From assembly GCF_009914755.1 (NCBI RefSeq), contig NC_060927.1: a stretch of DNA of 64,000 nt. The stretch is one strand, 5' to 3'. How positions within the stretch are numbered: the first letter of the stretch is position 1; each line of letters starts with the position of its first letter. Shown one piece after another: positions 26,955 through 41,100 of this stretch. The position numbers and the translations under genes were made by a program. Source of the stretch: the human T2T-CHM13v2.0 reference genome, Homo sapiens. The notes beneath the pieces were generated by a model. That model was given only the letters and a program-made list of their open reading frames with translations, made no database searches and was not told the DNA's origin.

Positions 26955-29099
26955 TTATTCCTCAGTATTTTATGTTTGTTTTGTTTGTTTTGTTTTGGGG
27001 TTTTTTTTAGCTATTGTAAGTTGATTTTTCTGATTTCTTTTTTGGAAAGTTCATTGTTAGTGTATGGAAACTCTACTGATTTTTGTATGTTAATTTTTGT
27101 ATCCTGCAACTTTCCAGACTTTAAATTAGTTCTAATAGATTTAGTTAGTGTCTTTAGAGTTCTAGATGGTAAGATTATATTGTCTGCAGAGACAATTTAA
27201 TTATTTTCTTCTGATTTAGATGCCTTTAAATCTTTCTCTTGCCTAATTGCTGTGGCTAAAACTTGCTGTATTATGTTGCATAAAAGTGAGAGGAGTGGGC
27301 ATCCTGGTCTTGTTCCTGATCTTAGAGAAAGAGCTTTCAGGCTTTTACCATTGAGTATAATGTTAGCTGTGGCCTGTCATACATGGCCTTTATTATGTTG
27401 AGTTATACTACCCCTATACCAAATATGTTGAGAGTTTTTATCATGAAAATGTGCTTTTCAGTGCATTAAATTTTAATTACCATATCTATTTTTCAAACTA
27501 GAAAAGCGATTTGCTTAAATTAATTATAAAATAATAATACATATTTTAATCCATTTATCAATTACAATTTACATAGGTACTGTTGTAACTGCTGCTGTTT
27601 GCATAAAATACTCAAATAAAAATACTACAATCTTAAATCAGTACATAGTGAAATATCATTCAAACTGAATCAATCCATAGACACCAACTAGATTGGTGAA
27701 CAGCTTATGTGTAATACTAGAAATGATTAGTGTTCCCAACATGTGCAGTAAAATACAATAATAATATCTCACATGATGCAATAGTTAAAGTGAAATATAG
27801 CTCTATCAAAATAATAAAGTTGTGTAACACAAATGTATTTTATACTGCTTAGGTTTTAAAATTTGAATAAATTAAAATTAAATAAAATGAAATGTTAAGT
27901 TTTTTGCTAGCCACATTCAGATGTTCAATAGCCAAATATGACTAGTGGCTACCGTATTAGATAGAACAGTTCTAGATTCTACATTGGTGTTTGTTAATGT
28001 TTCACACTCTCAGTGTTTCCTAATGTTCAACATGTCTCTTTCTCCTGCTTTTTTTTAAATTATAGTTTCTAATTCTTCCTATCTAGCACATTGCCTGAAT
28101 GTCAGTGAATATTATGTAAATGAATAAATAAACAACCCTATACTTTGCCACTATTTTTGTTCCTTCCATTATTAAGCTTCTCCAATATATTTACAGTGAT
28201 CTTTTTGAAGAAAGAGTAAAACCCAATTAATTTATCGTCTCTCAATTTTTATCAGTATATTTCAGATAATTTTATTTGATTCTTTCTGAAGATCTCTTGT
28301 TATGAAAATATCAATCACAACCGTAGAGAGAAAAATATCAAATACCCCATCCAAAGCACCCTGTTTGAACAATCATCAATATATAACCAATCTTTTTTCA
28401 TCTATATTCTCCAAATCCCTGCTCCACCACCAAAACTATTGGAGTACTTTAAAGGAAATCACAAACTCATTCACTCAGAAACACTTCACTATGTTACTGT
28501 AAAAGATAAACTCTTTTAGAAACATTAACACAGTAGCAATTACACATCTACAAAATTTTTTAAAAATCACAAAATACCTATTCAGTGTTCAAATTTCCAT
28601 AATCATCTCCTAAGTGAGTTTGAAATTTTGTCCAAGTCTGAATCCAGACAAATTCCCCACATATCTGTTAATTATCCCTTAATCTATAATAATTTCTTCT
28701 ACATTTATTTTATTTACTGATATTTGTTTACTGAGGAAACAAGATCAATTTTCTTACAGAATTATCCACATTCTTTATTTTTCAGGGACACCCCTATGTT
28801 GTATTGTTCAACATGTCTCTTTCTCTTGCTTTTTTTTTTTTTAAATGGAGTGGTAGTCAAATCTAGGGAGCACATCAGTTTTTAAACTAATATGCATCCA
28901 GCAGGTTTGGTGTCAACTCTCTCTGATAAGCTCAATTACTACCACTCATCTGAATTTTTCTAGTCACCAAATATTGGTGCTATCATTCTCACATATTCTC
29001 TCATTCTCTGTGGGTTTATGCCTCTTCAAAAACCTTTTAAATGTAAATTCAGAAAGGTGTGGAAACAAATATGTATGTCCAATGGCCATATTCTCTATT

Positions 29100-30965
29100 C
29101 TCCTTCAACTCAATAATCTACATTTTTGCTTTCTCTTTATCATAGCTGCTTTCTAAAGTTACCAATAACCCCCACTTGAGCAATTCCCACTGATAATGTG
29201 TTTTCATTAACACACTATTTCACAAAGGGCTTTAATCCCTTCATATTATGGGGACCAGTTTCTCCTGGTTCTTCCTCTATATCTGTACTCTTTCGTTTAT
29301 GAAGTTCTTCCTCATTTTTTCCTCTTCATCTGTCTCTTAAGAAATAGATTTTTTTGTCCTGTCGTTATATATTTTTATAGAGACCTTTCTATTTTTTACA
29401 CAACTGAAGACTCTCCAAATGTGAACTCATCATTCTCTTGCGGACACATATGTAAACTCTATGTGATCAGTAAATATGTTTTCTTTATGCATAATTTTAT
29501 TTCCAGCCCTCATAAGTAACTGGCATAGAGTAGGTGTATAATAAATGCTATAGAATGATTTAATCCATGAATAAAATCATTTTAAAGGGAAGTTATATTT
29601 TCTTATATCTCTAACTAGATATCTTTCATTCCCTTCATTGGATTTTCTTTCTCTGCCACCAGGTAAATGTTGTTCCCCACGTTTTGTCCTGGGTCTTCTA
29701 CTTGTCTCATTCTAAATTCCTTTTCTATGTTTTCTCTTAAACAACCATGACTGTGGCTACCTGTCAATACTGGTGCCTTCTTACGTTTGGATTTCTAGTT
29801 CCAGATTTTACATAAAGTTCCAGGTTCATATTTTCAGTTTCCTACTGTGTACCGTCAGGTCTCACTCTTGCCCCTAAAACTTAACACTTTCTGTGTCCGA
29901 CACTATGGTCCCATCATCCCTCACAGTCCATTCTTTATCTTTCACTTAGTACCCTGGATTAATAGCCACCAGTTTGTCTGGGATATCTCCCCACATCAGT
30001 GAATCAGTTGCCAAATCCTGTGTCATCCAGTCCACAGAGTTTTGAATCCAGTTGCCTTTTTATGTTAATATTGCTACTATCTGGCCAATGTCCCTATTTT
30101 CCCTTGCCTCATGGCAACCCTTTCCTAACTGATCTCATCACTATTCTTTCTTACTGTTATCTATCTCCTACCGGATGATTATCTCTGCAAAAATCGAACT
30201 TAACTGCATATCTCCCTTAAATAAAACCTCTTTCGCTCCCATTGTCACCGAAGGACCTGACAACCTGTCTTTCTACACTTCGCCTACAATCAGTGTCCTT
30301 CACCCTTAACTCTGTCTCTTTCCCTTTATATTAGGTTATAGTGGGCTCTCTATTACCAAGCCCAGTGGAATCATTTTGTCCTTTATTACCTCTCTGTGTC
30401 ATCTTTAAGAGAAATACATATATATTTCTCTCTACGTAGAATGGCCATCTGTTTCTTCATCACCTGAGGAATCATTCAATATGACTTTCAAATGAATATT
30501 CAGAGAATTTTCTAATGTAGAAACATAGGTATTCATCTAAAATCATTTCAAAAACCATCTCCCTTTATTTAAGAATGTTATTCTCTTCTACAGAAAAGCC
30601 TCTAGTGTTTACTGGGGAGATTTGTGCTGTGGGAAGAAGGGGACAGTGCTGAACTGCACACAACCTAACAAATCAATCCTGATAATTAGTAGAGTGGCAG
30701 ATGGGGAGCCCAGCCATGCTCACACCTTTCTGAGAACCAGCTCAATTCCTATCTCTGCTCTGACACATTCTTGCAGGTAGTTAGCCACTCTCTGTGAGTT
30801 TTTTTTGCACTCTGTTCATAGTTCCATTAAAGAACTTGTTATATAGCTTTCTAGTCATTTGTTGACATATCTACTAAAATGTGAATTTCTTAAGGGCAAG
30901 TCCATTTTATCTTTATATTTCTGCATATATAGTTTATTCTAAGCTCATTTATTTTGAACGAATAA
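29100..30965 (+). mobile_element. Highly degraded L2 fragments
   Basis: Scattered L2-like text (cagttgccaaatcctgt; tttcctaactgatctc; aatgtgaatttcttaagggcaag; ttttgaacgaataaat). Confidence 0.5.
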
Positions 30966-32862
30966 ATTTGGGGAGGAGACAACAAAGTATGAGAGATATG
31001 TTTAAAACCTATAAATGCAAAACCTTGAATGGAAAGCTTGTTCTTGATAGTTTTTAAGTTCTTGGATGATGTATTTCTAGAGGGTAGACAGTACCTACCA
31101 AGGCATAAATTTTTAATAAAGGGCTCATTTTTTAAAGAGATCTTTAAAATATCGCCGTTTCTTAGGTCTGTGCATTGAGATTTCAGTTTATCTGTAACAG
31201 AACTACTTATTTAGGAACCTTTTAAATGGCCTGGGGTATGGAGACCAGCTCTTCATGGTCCCCTTTGTGACATAAGTAAGGCCACAGCTCCTGTGATTTC
31301 TGGTATGTCAAATTGCTAACTAGGAAACAGAAGGGGGACTTTGTCTAAGAATCCCAGCATCTACTTGGAAGCAAACAGACAGTACATTTCCCTTCACTCA
31401 TTTCAGATAAAAATATTATTTTATTTAAAATTATTGCAGGTGCTGTGTAAATAACATTTTAATCCATAGTCATTTTATAAATGGTATTGTGTTGGCCCAT
31501 ATGCTAGTTTCTACCTTCTTAAAATATGTAACCAAGAACATGAGCACTCTCAAGAATAGGTTTTCTTTATTTTTTTAATTTTAGTGTTAGGCAGATTTAC
31601 TTGACCTTCAACCAGTATTGGTAGCAGGTAAGTTTAATGAGATTCTTGGAATAACATCACCTTTGGGAAGCAGAAAATCTAAGCTTGAGTAACCTGAGTT
31701 GCTAGGGGGAAAGAAGTTTAAGTCTGACAACTCTAGTAAGTGCTCTAAATCCAAATATCCAGCAAGAGATTTGTTTTGGGCAATACTAACTACATAGGTG
31801 CGTGTGAACTAAAAAAGTTACAATTTGGAGCCTATAAGTGGCACCACATTAGGAGCTGTGTAGGTATATGGACCTTGTATTATCAGGTAGACAAATTTCT
31901 GAAGGACTGTGCAGGATTCTGCTTCAATAATGACAGCAGTATTACTTTCACCAGGCTCCAGATTGTTCTACTCCTGATGTCAGGAGGAAGCTGATTTACC
32001 TTTGGAATGAGATAACCTCTGGGATCCCTGAACAGTTAAAGGGCAGACGGAAATAAGGCTTGGTGAGAACTGATGAGATTCCTGCTAATAAGTCAAGATG
32101 AATTTGCATGATTAATTAAAGAATTATTAATTAAAGAATAAAGAGATGGCATATATTTGTTCTCTGCATCTGTGGCTCATAATAGTTACACAGAGTAGTT
32201 TGTAGAAGTTTTTTTGCATACTTTGTGAAAGTCCAATGTTGTGACATCACTAAGTGAGATCGTGCAGTTAAGGGTACTTAATAAGGTGAAAATATACACA
32301 TGAAAGAACCTTTATGATACATTATTAGTATGAATTTAAAATTTACATAAGAACACCTAAGAAACTATAATAGTAGCAATTACTCTTGTGAAACTATTTT
32401 AAATAATCTGAAAGAAGTAACTTATCAACAATATTTTCCTAATCCTTTCCCACAAGGCAATGAAGATGGACAAGGAACATATGCCAGTGCACATCTATTA
32501 TAAGCCATTTATCCCAGACTGTGATGCAAGTGTGCTTAAGTCTGAAATGCAAGTGACTCGTACTTACAGGCAAAATACATTCCAGCTGAGGAAAAAAGTA
32601 AGACTTTTATTGTCCTTTATGACCTGTTTAATCCTGTTGCTTTACATTCATTGTGGATGTCTCTGGATGGTGCTAAAACAGGTGAAAAGTGGAAGATTAA
32701 ATCACATTCAGTCAACCACTTGTTTTGCTCATACTGTGCCAAAAATAAATATGCCATTTAAATATTTTCACCAAGTTTACGGATTTTTTTCTCTATAATA
32801 GTCTTTATTATTTCCTTTCTTTTTCTCATTTTGAATACAATTTGCTTGTCTAATCTAGTTTC

Positions 32863-33159
32863 CTTTTGTTTGTTTTTTGAGACGGAGTCTCACTCTTGTC
32901 ACCCAGGCTGGAGTGCAATGGCAGATCTCGGCTCACTGCAACCTCGGCCTCCCAGACTCAAGCGATTCTCTCACCTCAGTCTCCTGAGTAGCTGGGATTA
33001 CAGGCACCTGCCACCATGCCCAGCTAATTGTTGTACTTTTAGTAGGGATAGGATTTCACCATGTTGGCTGGCTGGTCTGGAAATCCTGACCTCAGGTGAT
33101 CCGCCCACCTCGGCCTCCCAAAGTGATGGGATTACAGGCGGGAGCCGCCGCGTTCAGCC
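32863..33159 (-). mobile_element. AluSp/Sq-like element inside an L1M fragment
   Basis: ctcttgtcacccaggctggagtgcaatggc; 16-bp TSD tgtct(a/t)atctagtttc at 32847-32862 and 33160-33175. Confidence 0.9.
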
Positions 33160-33732
33160 TGTCTTATCTAGTTTCTTAAGGTAGAGGTTTAGGTTTATCT
33201 ATTTGAGATCTTTCTTCTTTGCTAATGTAGGTGTTTACAGCTATAGATTAACCTCTTAGCACTGTTTTGTTACATTCTATCTATTTTGTTAAGTATTTCT
33301 AATTTCCTCTGTGATGTCTACTTTGACCCATTAGAGATGTTAAAACACTTGAGAAAGTTCTGTGACCCACTCCATCCACAATGGAGAGGTGTTTGGCAGG
33401 AGGTGAGTTTGAGTGAGTTCAAATGATGAGATTGATATTTCTCCCTGTATTACCAGCAATATGAGCTGATATACTCAAGACTACCACTGAGCTGGGAAGT
33501 TGGAGATGGGACTAGTGTAAGTTAAAACATCAGAAATCTCACTGGTCTTATGGATACTCATTCATTTTTTTGACTCAATATGACTTGGGTTGCTGCAAAG
33601 CTTTGATTAATTTCCAAAGTTTTGAAAAGTTGATTCTGACCGTTTTTTTTTTTCAGGGATTTTTGTTGCTGATTTAATGGAGTGACAGCCTTTCAGAAGT
33701 CTTTAAATTCACCATTTTCACTGATGTCACCC

Positions 33733-34357
33733 TGTTACCAGAAAGGAGTCCTAATTCTGACCCCAAGAGAAGGTCCTTAAATCTCGTGCAAGAAAGATTT
33801 CAGGGTAAGTCCACAGAGTAAAGTGAAAGCAAGTTTATTAAGAATTAAAGGAATAAAAGAATGGTTACTCCATAGGCAGAGCAGCCCCAAGGGCTGCTGG
33901 TTGGCTATTTTTATGGTTATTTCTTGATTATATGCTAAACAAACAAAAATGGATTATTCATGAGTTTTCTGGGAAAGGGGTGGGTGATTCCTGGAACTGA
34001 GAGTTCCTCCCATTTTTAGACCATATAGGGTAACTTCCTGACGTTTATAAACCGTCATGGTGCTGGTAGGAGTGTCTTTTAACATGCAAATTCATTACAA
34101 TTAGAGTATAATGAGCAGTGAGGATGACCAGGGGTCACTTTCTTCACAATCTTGGTTTTGGTGGGATTTGGCCATTTTCTTTACCTCCTGCTGTTCTATC
34201 AGCAAGGTCTTTGTGACCTGTATCTTGTGCTGACCTCCTGTCTTATCCTGTGACTTAGAATGCCTAACCTTTTGGGACTGCAGCCCAGTAGGTCTCAGTC
34301 TTATTTTACTGAGCACCTATTCCAGATGGAGTAGATCTGGTTCAAATGCCACTGACA
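33733..34357 (-). mobile_element. MER41 (MER41B-like) ERV1 solo LTR, complete
   Basis: tgttaccagaaagg... to ...ggttcaaatgccactgaca (625 bp); 4-bp TSD ACCC at 33729-33732 and 34358-34361. Confidence 0.9.
33967..33996. promoter_or_regulatory. Tandem STAT GAS motifs in MER41
   Basis: TTCTGGGAA at 33967-33975 and TTCCTGGAA at 33988-33996, both matching TTCN3GAA. Function is inferred. Confidence 0.6.
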
Positions 34358-34449
34358 ACCCAAACATTTTTTTTAAATGTTTAGACATACAAAAGGAGAC
34401 AGGTAGACATATAAAAGGAAATTCCAATAACTTGGTCTCCAACTTAAAG

Positions 34450-36290
34450 TAAGTATGTCTTTATTGAACACTCATGTGATTGGAAATGTGGAAGGGCTTT
34501 TAATGTATTATTTAATTATTTTAACACCTAAAAGGGGTTGGTACCATTAGTCACTCCCATTTTACAGATGAGAAAGCTGAGACTGAGAAAATGAATTACC
34601 TGGCCTAGATGTCAAAACAAGAAGGTTGACTTTGAGAGCCATTGCTTTTATTAAGTGTAATATTAGGTTATCTTTTAAAAACTCAGGGAGAACTGAAAGT
34701 CTTCAAAGAGAGTAAATAACTCCTCATTATGGTGGTTGTTGAGGGCATTCTTACATCATATAAACAATTGGTTTAGAAGATGTCAAAGATGTCTTGAGCA
34801 TTCACTATGCTCTAATACTCTGCAAAACTTTACCTATAACATCATGTTAGACAAAACAACTTTATGAGATACTTCTATTATTTTCATTTTTAGATGGAAA
34901 AATGGTACTTGGAAAGTTTAAATAGTTACCTAAAATCAGTGCCATAGATAAAATTTAGTGCAGGCCTGATTAAATTTTTGACTAAAGTATCTCATTCTCT
35001 TCATTACTAATCATTGGATTTAGTGATGCCATTGGGAGCCACAAAAATATGTCAGACTGTTCTCTCATATGGTAACTACTTTCCTGGAAACAGTTGAGGG
35101 AAATGAGTGTATGAAAATTTTAGTCTTTATATTGATATTAACTATCATTCAGTTAGCACCTACTGCATGCTACATTCTTGCCATGCATTATCTTTAATTC
35201 TCTTATCAACCCAGTAAGGTGGGTATCCTGATTCCCTTTTTTATAAGATAAAACTAGAGGTCAGAGAATGTAAGTATTTTCTAATGTCACACAGTTAGCA
35301 AATGACTGAGCTCAAAATCAATTGCAGGCTTATCTGATATCAGAGTTCAAGCTTTTCCCATTGTGCACAGCTGCTTAGTCCTTTTGTAGACAAAGTACTT
35401 GGGAGATATTGTAGGTGATAAAAGGGCATCAATGGCACACAACGGCAAAGCATTATACTCCTGCTAAGACTTAATTGAATGGCCATCCATCTTTTTGAGA
35501 ATAATTGCTATTTTGGAAGCCCAACATGGAGAATTTCAAACTTAACATAAAAGAAAAGTTATGTTCCACTAAGAAAATAACTTCTCACACACCAGGAAGT
35601 CCTCAGATATGGTCAAAAATGTACTAGTTAATTCTTTTCTCTTAGAACCTAAAGAAAAGCAGCAATAAAAGGAGACATTACTTTCATGGACCTGCCATTA
35701 CTGTGCCAATCCTCAGAAATGAAGCTGGTTCCTATTAGTGTTTTGTTATCATGGGTCACCTCTAATGTTTCCTAATACTGTGCAAGGTTTCTGGGGCATA
35801 GAGAGCAGAAAATCCAATCCCAGACCTCAAGAAGTTTAAATTATTTTTCTGCATACATAAAGTTATGTAACATTTCTACAAAATCGTAAGATAATCTGGA
35901 TCTGAGTAAAGAACAATCTGGTGTTCTTCCTTTGTGTTTTTCAATGATTCATAGCCCATGACTTTAAACCTCAGATATAACAAATGTAACAAAATGGAGA
36001 GATGGAAAACTGACTCTTATATCCATGATAATTCAGTTTCTTATAACAATAACAGTTATCGCTTGATGACTAATTACTGTGCTTAAGACATTATCCTAGT
36101 TTTACCTGTATTATCATGTTTAATCTTTAAATAGCCCTCTTATGAAGGCATCAGCATTACTTACCTTCACTTTTAAAATTAGAAAATTAAAACCAGAAGG
36201 AGTTAAGCAACACACATGAGATCATACAGCAGTTGGATATTAGGGATGGGGTTTGAACCCAAGAATTTTATCACCCAAGCCCCCTTTAGA
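34450..36290 (-). mobile_element. Cluster of about 4 MIR SINEs (about 34450-34640, 34800-34990, 35140-35370, 36060-36290)
   Basis: Repeated MIR cores such as cccattttacagatgagaaagctgagact, ttcatttttagatggaaaa, tgtcacacagttagcaaatgactgagc, gggtttgaacccaag. Confidence 0.75.
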
Positions 36291-37889
36291 CTACTGCATT
36301 ACATAGCCTGGCATACAAAGCCAATGAAGTAAAATATGTACTATTAAATTAAATGATGAGGAGTCCCGTACCAGTAGTATAACTCCAATATGAGTAAGGA
36401 CATGATTAAAACAAGTTACAAAATAGGGACATATATGGAAAAGTATTTGATGTCTATGGGATGGAAAAGAGTTAATACCTTTTCCATATAAAATGTATTT
36501 AAGATAAATAATAAAATGATAGACACACATTACAATAGACAAAGGCAAAAAATAAGCATGCTTAGTGGCCAATAATAGGTTTAGACTCTGGTAATTAAAC
36601 AAATGCAACTCAAAATCTGAATGAAATGCTAATTTAACCTATCGAAATAACAAATTAATTTTAAAAATTAATTTTAAAAAATAATTTAAAGTTTTGAAGA
36701 CTGTATGGGGAAAATGACACATTCATACCCATACAATAGTTGTATTACACTTATGCAAAGAATGACAGAATAAAAGAAACATATAGTAAGCAGAAATGCA
36801 ACTATTTATATTAAATGAAAACATAAAATGCCAGTGACTAGGGGTATAATTAAATAGGCTGTAAAAGTAGACATAACTAGAACTCAAAATCTGAGATCAG
36901 CTTTGTAGATATAGAAGTAAAGACATTGTTCTTTCCCAAAAACTTGTGAGGTATATTCTCTAAGACCTAAAATATGTTTCCCATTCAAAAATTCATATAT
37001 ATATGAATATGCATATATTATATGTTTATTGCATATATAATTTTTCATGCAATGTTGTACTGTTATAAGTTTTAAAATATCAGGCCTACATCAAATATAA
37101 GTTACCTGGCTATTGAGAATTGTTCTGTATTACATTGCTTAGTTTTATATAGTGATAGAATAAGCTTGAAGGGACAGAGAACAAATTTGAAGCTAAAAGT
37201 GTATGTTGTCACTTTTTAAAAATGTTGTTTTATCATAGAAGTAATTGCATTACTGTTTTAAGATGAAAGTCTAATTGAATCCTTCATATGATTTAGAATG
37301 AAAAGAAACTTTTAAGTGTCCATTAAATCATTCAAATGTACTCACTTGTCAGCTCAAACATTACCTAGAAAGAGCTATATTTTCTCAGTTCAGATATCAA
37401 ATCCCCTTATTTGCAGATATTTTCTTTCTCACCACGGAAGTGCACTTATATGCTTTCTTAAAGGGCTTTAATGCATGTTTTCAAATTTGATTGTCATAAT
37501 GGTGTAAACAAAGCAAACGTAATATTCACTGTTTTAAATACTAGGAAACTGAGGCATAATGACTTTAAATTGCTCTAAGGCTCACAGAATGTTGGTTACG
37601 GAATGTAACAAAGTGGTTTTTTAAAAATTTGATGGGGAGAGTCTGATTGCTTTCTTTGCCTTTTATGGATAGTCATTGAACTGTATTTTTGAAAAGGTAC
37701 TCTCTATTCATTTGTACATTCATTTAATAAATAACTTGCTTTAAATTCTATTAGGACAATTTGACCTTTCTTTTCCTTTCCTACTTTCTCGACAAAGTTG
37801 CCTCTCTGAACAAGTGTTTGTCATCATATATCTGACCCCCAGCCCCTACTCTGCAGGAACAGATGAAACACCCTGTGAATCTCTCAACA

Positions 37890-38171
37890 CTATGTTGTCC
37901 AACACAAATATAATGTGAGGCCTCTATGTAATTTAAACTTCCTAGTAGCCGCATTTTTTAAAATAGAAAAAAAAGGTAAAATTAATTTTATTAGTGCATT
38001 TTATTCAATCTAATATTCTAACTTACAATAATATAAACATTATTAATGAGATATTTTGTATTTTTTTGGTACAAAGTCTTTGATATCCCATGTATATTTT
38101 ATACTTACACACATTCAATTTGAACTAATTACACTAAAAGTGCTCAATAGCTATATGATTGAACAGTGCAG
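37890..38171. mobile_element. MER33 (hAT-Charlie MITE)
   Basis: tgtccaacacaaatataatgtgag...tattaatgagatatttt...aagtgctcaatagc...gaacagtgcag. Confidence 0.8.
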
Positions 38172-41100
38172 TCTGAGGGCAATTGGGACTTCTTATTGAC
38201 TATTTTGACTCTTGGTTAAATAAAATTGAAATAATTTCAGACTTTAAGTGGACAGTTAGGAATATATCTGCTTTCAAAGTTACCAAGGAAGCTCTGCTAG
38301 TTAACTTTATTCTCATACTCTATTATTTTTCATACATTAAAATGTGAACTTCTTTTAATTGACTCTGTGGTTTGTTGTTGTTGTTTTTGTTTTTCTCCTC
38401 ACTTTGTTCTGACCTTCTTCTTTTCCTTTTCAGTAAGATTTGTCCTGTCTCCACAAGGACGAGGCTTAGAATAGGAATAGTAAATGACCTATCTGGAGAG
38501 TAAAGAAATGTTCCTCTTCCCCTCAAATTCCTTTTCTCTTATTGAGGCCTGATTTCCACAGGAGTCTCTTCATTTCTTTTCTTTATTATGTTATTAGTCT
38601 GCTAACTTCAATAATAGATAAATTCCAAATTTCAGTTTCTAAACCCCAAATCTACTTCTCTCTCAGATAGTATGCCAAATTCAGGCTTATTTTCAGCAAG
38701 GACTCCGGCATGGGGGATTTGAGGGTGGGGTTTCTATTCCACAAAGTCATTCACACACCCAGCAGACTATGCCTTCTGGAACATATTGTCTCCATGATAG
38801 TCCTTTAAAACATTAGCGTTGAATAGACAAAGAGCAAGGATAGAGAAGGTACATACACTCCTTAATTATCTTAATCTGGGAAGCAGTACACATCATTTTT
38901 ACTTACGTTTCATTTGCAAGAACATTCACGCAGGCATCAGATGCAAGGGAGGATGGAAAATGTATCACTGGCTGCTCAGGAAAAAGAGCATAAATCTTTG
39001 GTGAACACCAACCCTTTTCTGCCACAAATGTTAATATCTTTTCAACTGTAAATCTTGTGGAGGATTTACCTACCCTGAGAAAGCTGCAGTGAAAGACTAG
39101 AGTTATAGAGACCTGTGTTCAAATTTTGATTCCAGTACTTGAACAAATTAATCAGCCTTCTTGAGTCTAGTTTTTTCCATCTCTATCAATATGGTTGGGA
39201 GTGGTAGCAAAGATTGAAACTGTTTTTCCAATACCACTATCCTCATATTCTTTATAAAGTGAAATCCAGTTTCGTTTGGGTGGGCAATTCATCCATCTAA
39301 AAGCTGCATTTCCTGAATAGGGTTAACATGTAATATATTTTTTGGTCAATGACAAAACTGGTAATTAGTTTTTTTTGGTTTAGTTTTTGATTGTTGACTG
39401 ATGCTTCTATATGAGAGTGTGAAAAATTTTAAGTTTCAGTTTCTTTTTTAGAGCAGTGGGAGTAAGTAAGTTTACACTGAATTCCTGAGGAATCAAAAAA
39501 GTTGTATACAAAGTAGGATAGATGTGTTATGCTGCAGACCAAACTATCCAATTGTCAATGGCCTATTTCAACAAAAATTTATGATTCACATAAATTCTGT
39601 GAAAATCAAGGTGATTTTCTATGACAACTCTTTTCCATGCCGTAGATTAATGTCGGGCACTGAAGATGCACTTTCTTTCCCTCAAATTTAAAGATTTCCA
39701 GGAGAGCTACACAGAGACCTGTAATAAGGTGGCCTGTGTCTAAAGTGTGCAGACACTAAATCTTACTTGAAAAGGCAATGAAAGAATGTTTAAATGTGTG
39801 ACTGTATCTCTAGTTTTTTCCAGTTTTGTATACTGTTTTCCAATTTCTTAATATATGATAAAGTCTAAAAAAATCTCTTTTCAGATTTAAAATGACTATT
39901 AATAAGTAGGTTTCTTTTGAAAATACATGAGCACAATTATTTTCTTCTTCACCACCAACTCTATTCTAATTGAATAAAAATAATTATCTTTTAAAGGTCT
40001 CAATGCGAAAGCTGTCTCCAAATTGCTGTTTTCTGAAAGCCGCCAGTTAAAGGGCTACGTCTTGCCAAGGTAGACTAATAGAAGTCAAATTCCATTGTAA
40101 AAGCAGAACTGAAATTATACCTCGTGCACATCTGGCAACACGTCCTTTTGTACATAAGAAAGGCATGAATAAGATTATGTCTTGAATAAATTATCCACTG
40201 ATTATGACATTTAACTGGCTGTCGTAGGTATTCAATTATTTAATTATCTGCCAAAATTCCGTGCCAGATGTTTCCTGTGTCCAGATTTCCATTATGTTAC
40301 ATTTTATTAACAAATTTGCTTCATTTTGAGGGTCCTCACTTAACATACTTGGGCTTGATCAAACTATTTGCTTTTTTCATATTTAAAAACCCAAACTTAC
40401 ACATAAAGCCATCTGAATAATGCATGAAGAGAGTGTGTGGATTCAAATTCATTTGTCCACATTACAGCAACTGTTTGTGCTGGCCCAACTGCTTACTTTG
40501 CATGCAGATGTTAAATTGTGCATCTTCGATCTTCTGTTTATAATGCAAAATGACAGTTTGACTTGATTTTATCTAGCAGAAATAACTCAGGCATCCACAC
40601 TGGTAAATTTGACCCAGAAGGTTTTATGAATATTTAGCAGTGAAACCTGTGGATGAATTAAAATGCATTTTCACAATTTCTGTATATAAGCGTGTACATG
40701 TGTGTTCATCACATAGAGTTTTTCAAAAACTCGAGGTTTTCCTTCTTGAGCTCCAAAGAGAAACAATTTTCTCTATGAATCAAAAGAGTATAAATAACAC
40801 TGTTTTTTCCTTTTGGTTTTACCTCCGACTAGAAAATAGCTGTGAGCGATATGCTCAGGACTGTACGTATCTGCTTTAGCAAATGTAAAGAAATAAGTTC
40901 TTTGAGTCTACATTTTTATTTATACAGAAATTCCTGCAGGATTTTACAAGGACTTGTTGGTCTCTACACTTCTTGTGATAGTAAATGTAACTCCCATTGA
41001 AACTAGGAAAAAACCTTGTTCTACAAAACAAGTGACTTTGAAAGCCTTTGATTGCATTGTCCAATGCTGTGTCACAGAGCAGCCATACACTGACACCCAG

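Noticed and set aside
31591-31627. Assignment of ADLLDLQP to SNAP91/PICALM-like clathrin-box sequence
   Set aside because: Match too short, diverges immediately afterwards, and no other exons of such a gene are seen in the window.
33395-33410. Isolated consensus splice donors (also near 9270, 12455, 54225, 57390)
   Set aside because: No convincing paired acceptor; several such motifs are expected by chance in 64 kb.
36991-37008. 18-bp palindrome attcatatatatatgaat
   Set aside because: Mostly an (AT)n run; expected by chance in AT-rich DNA.
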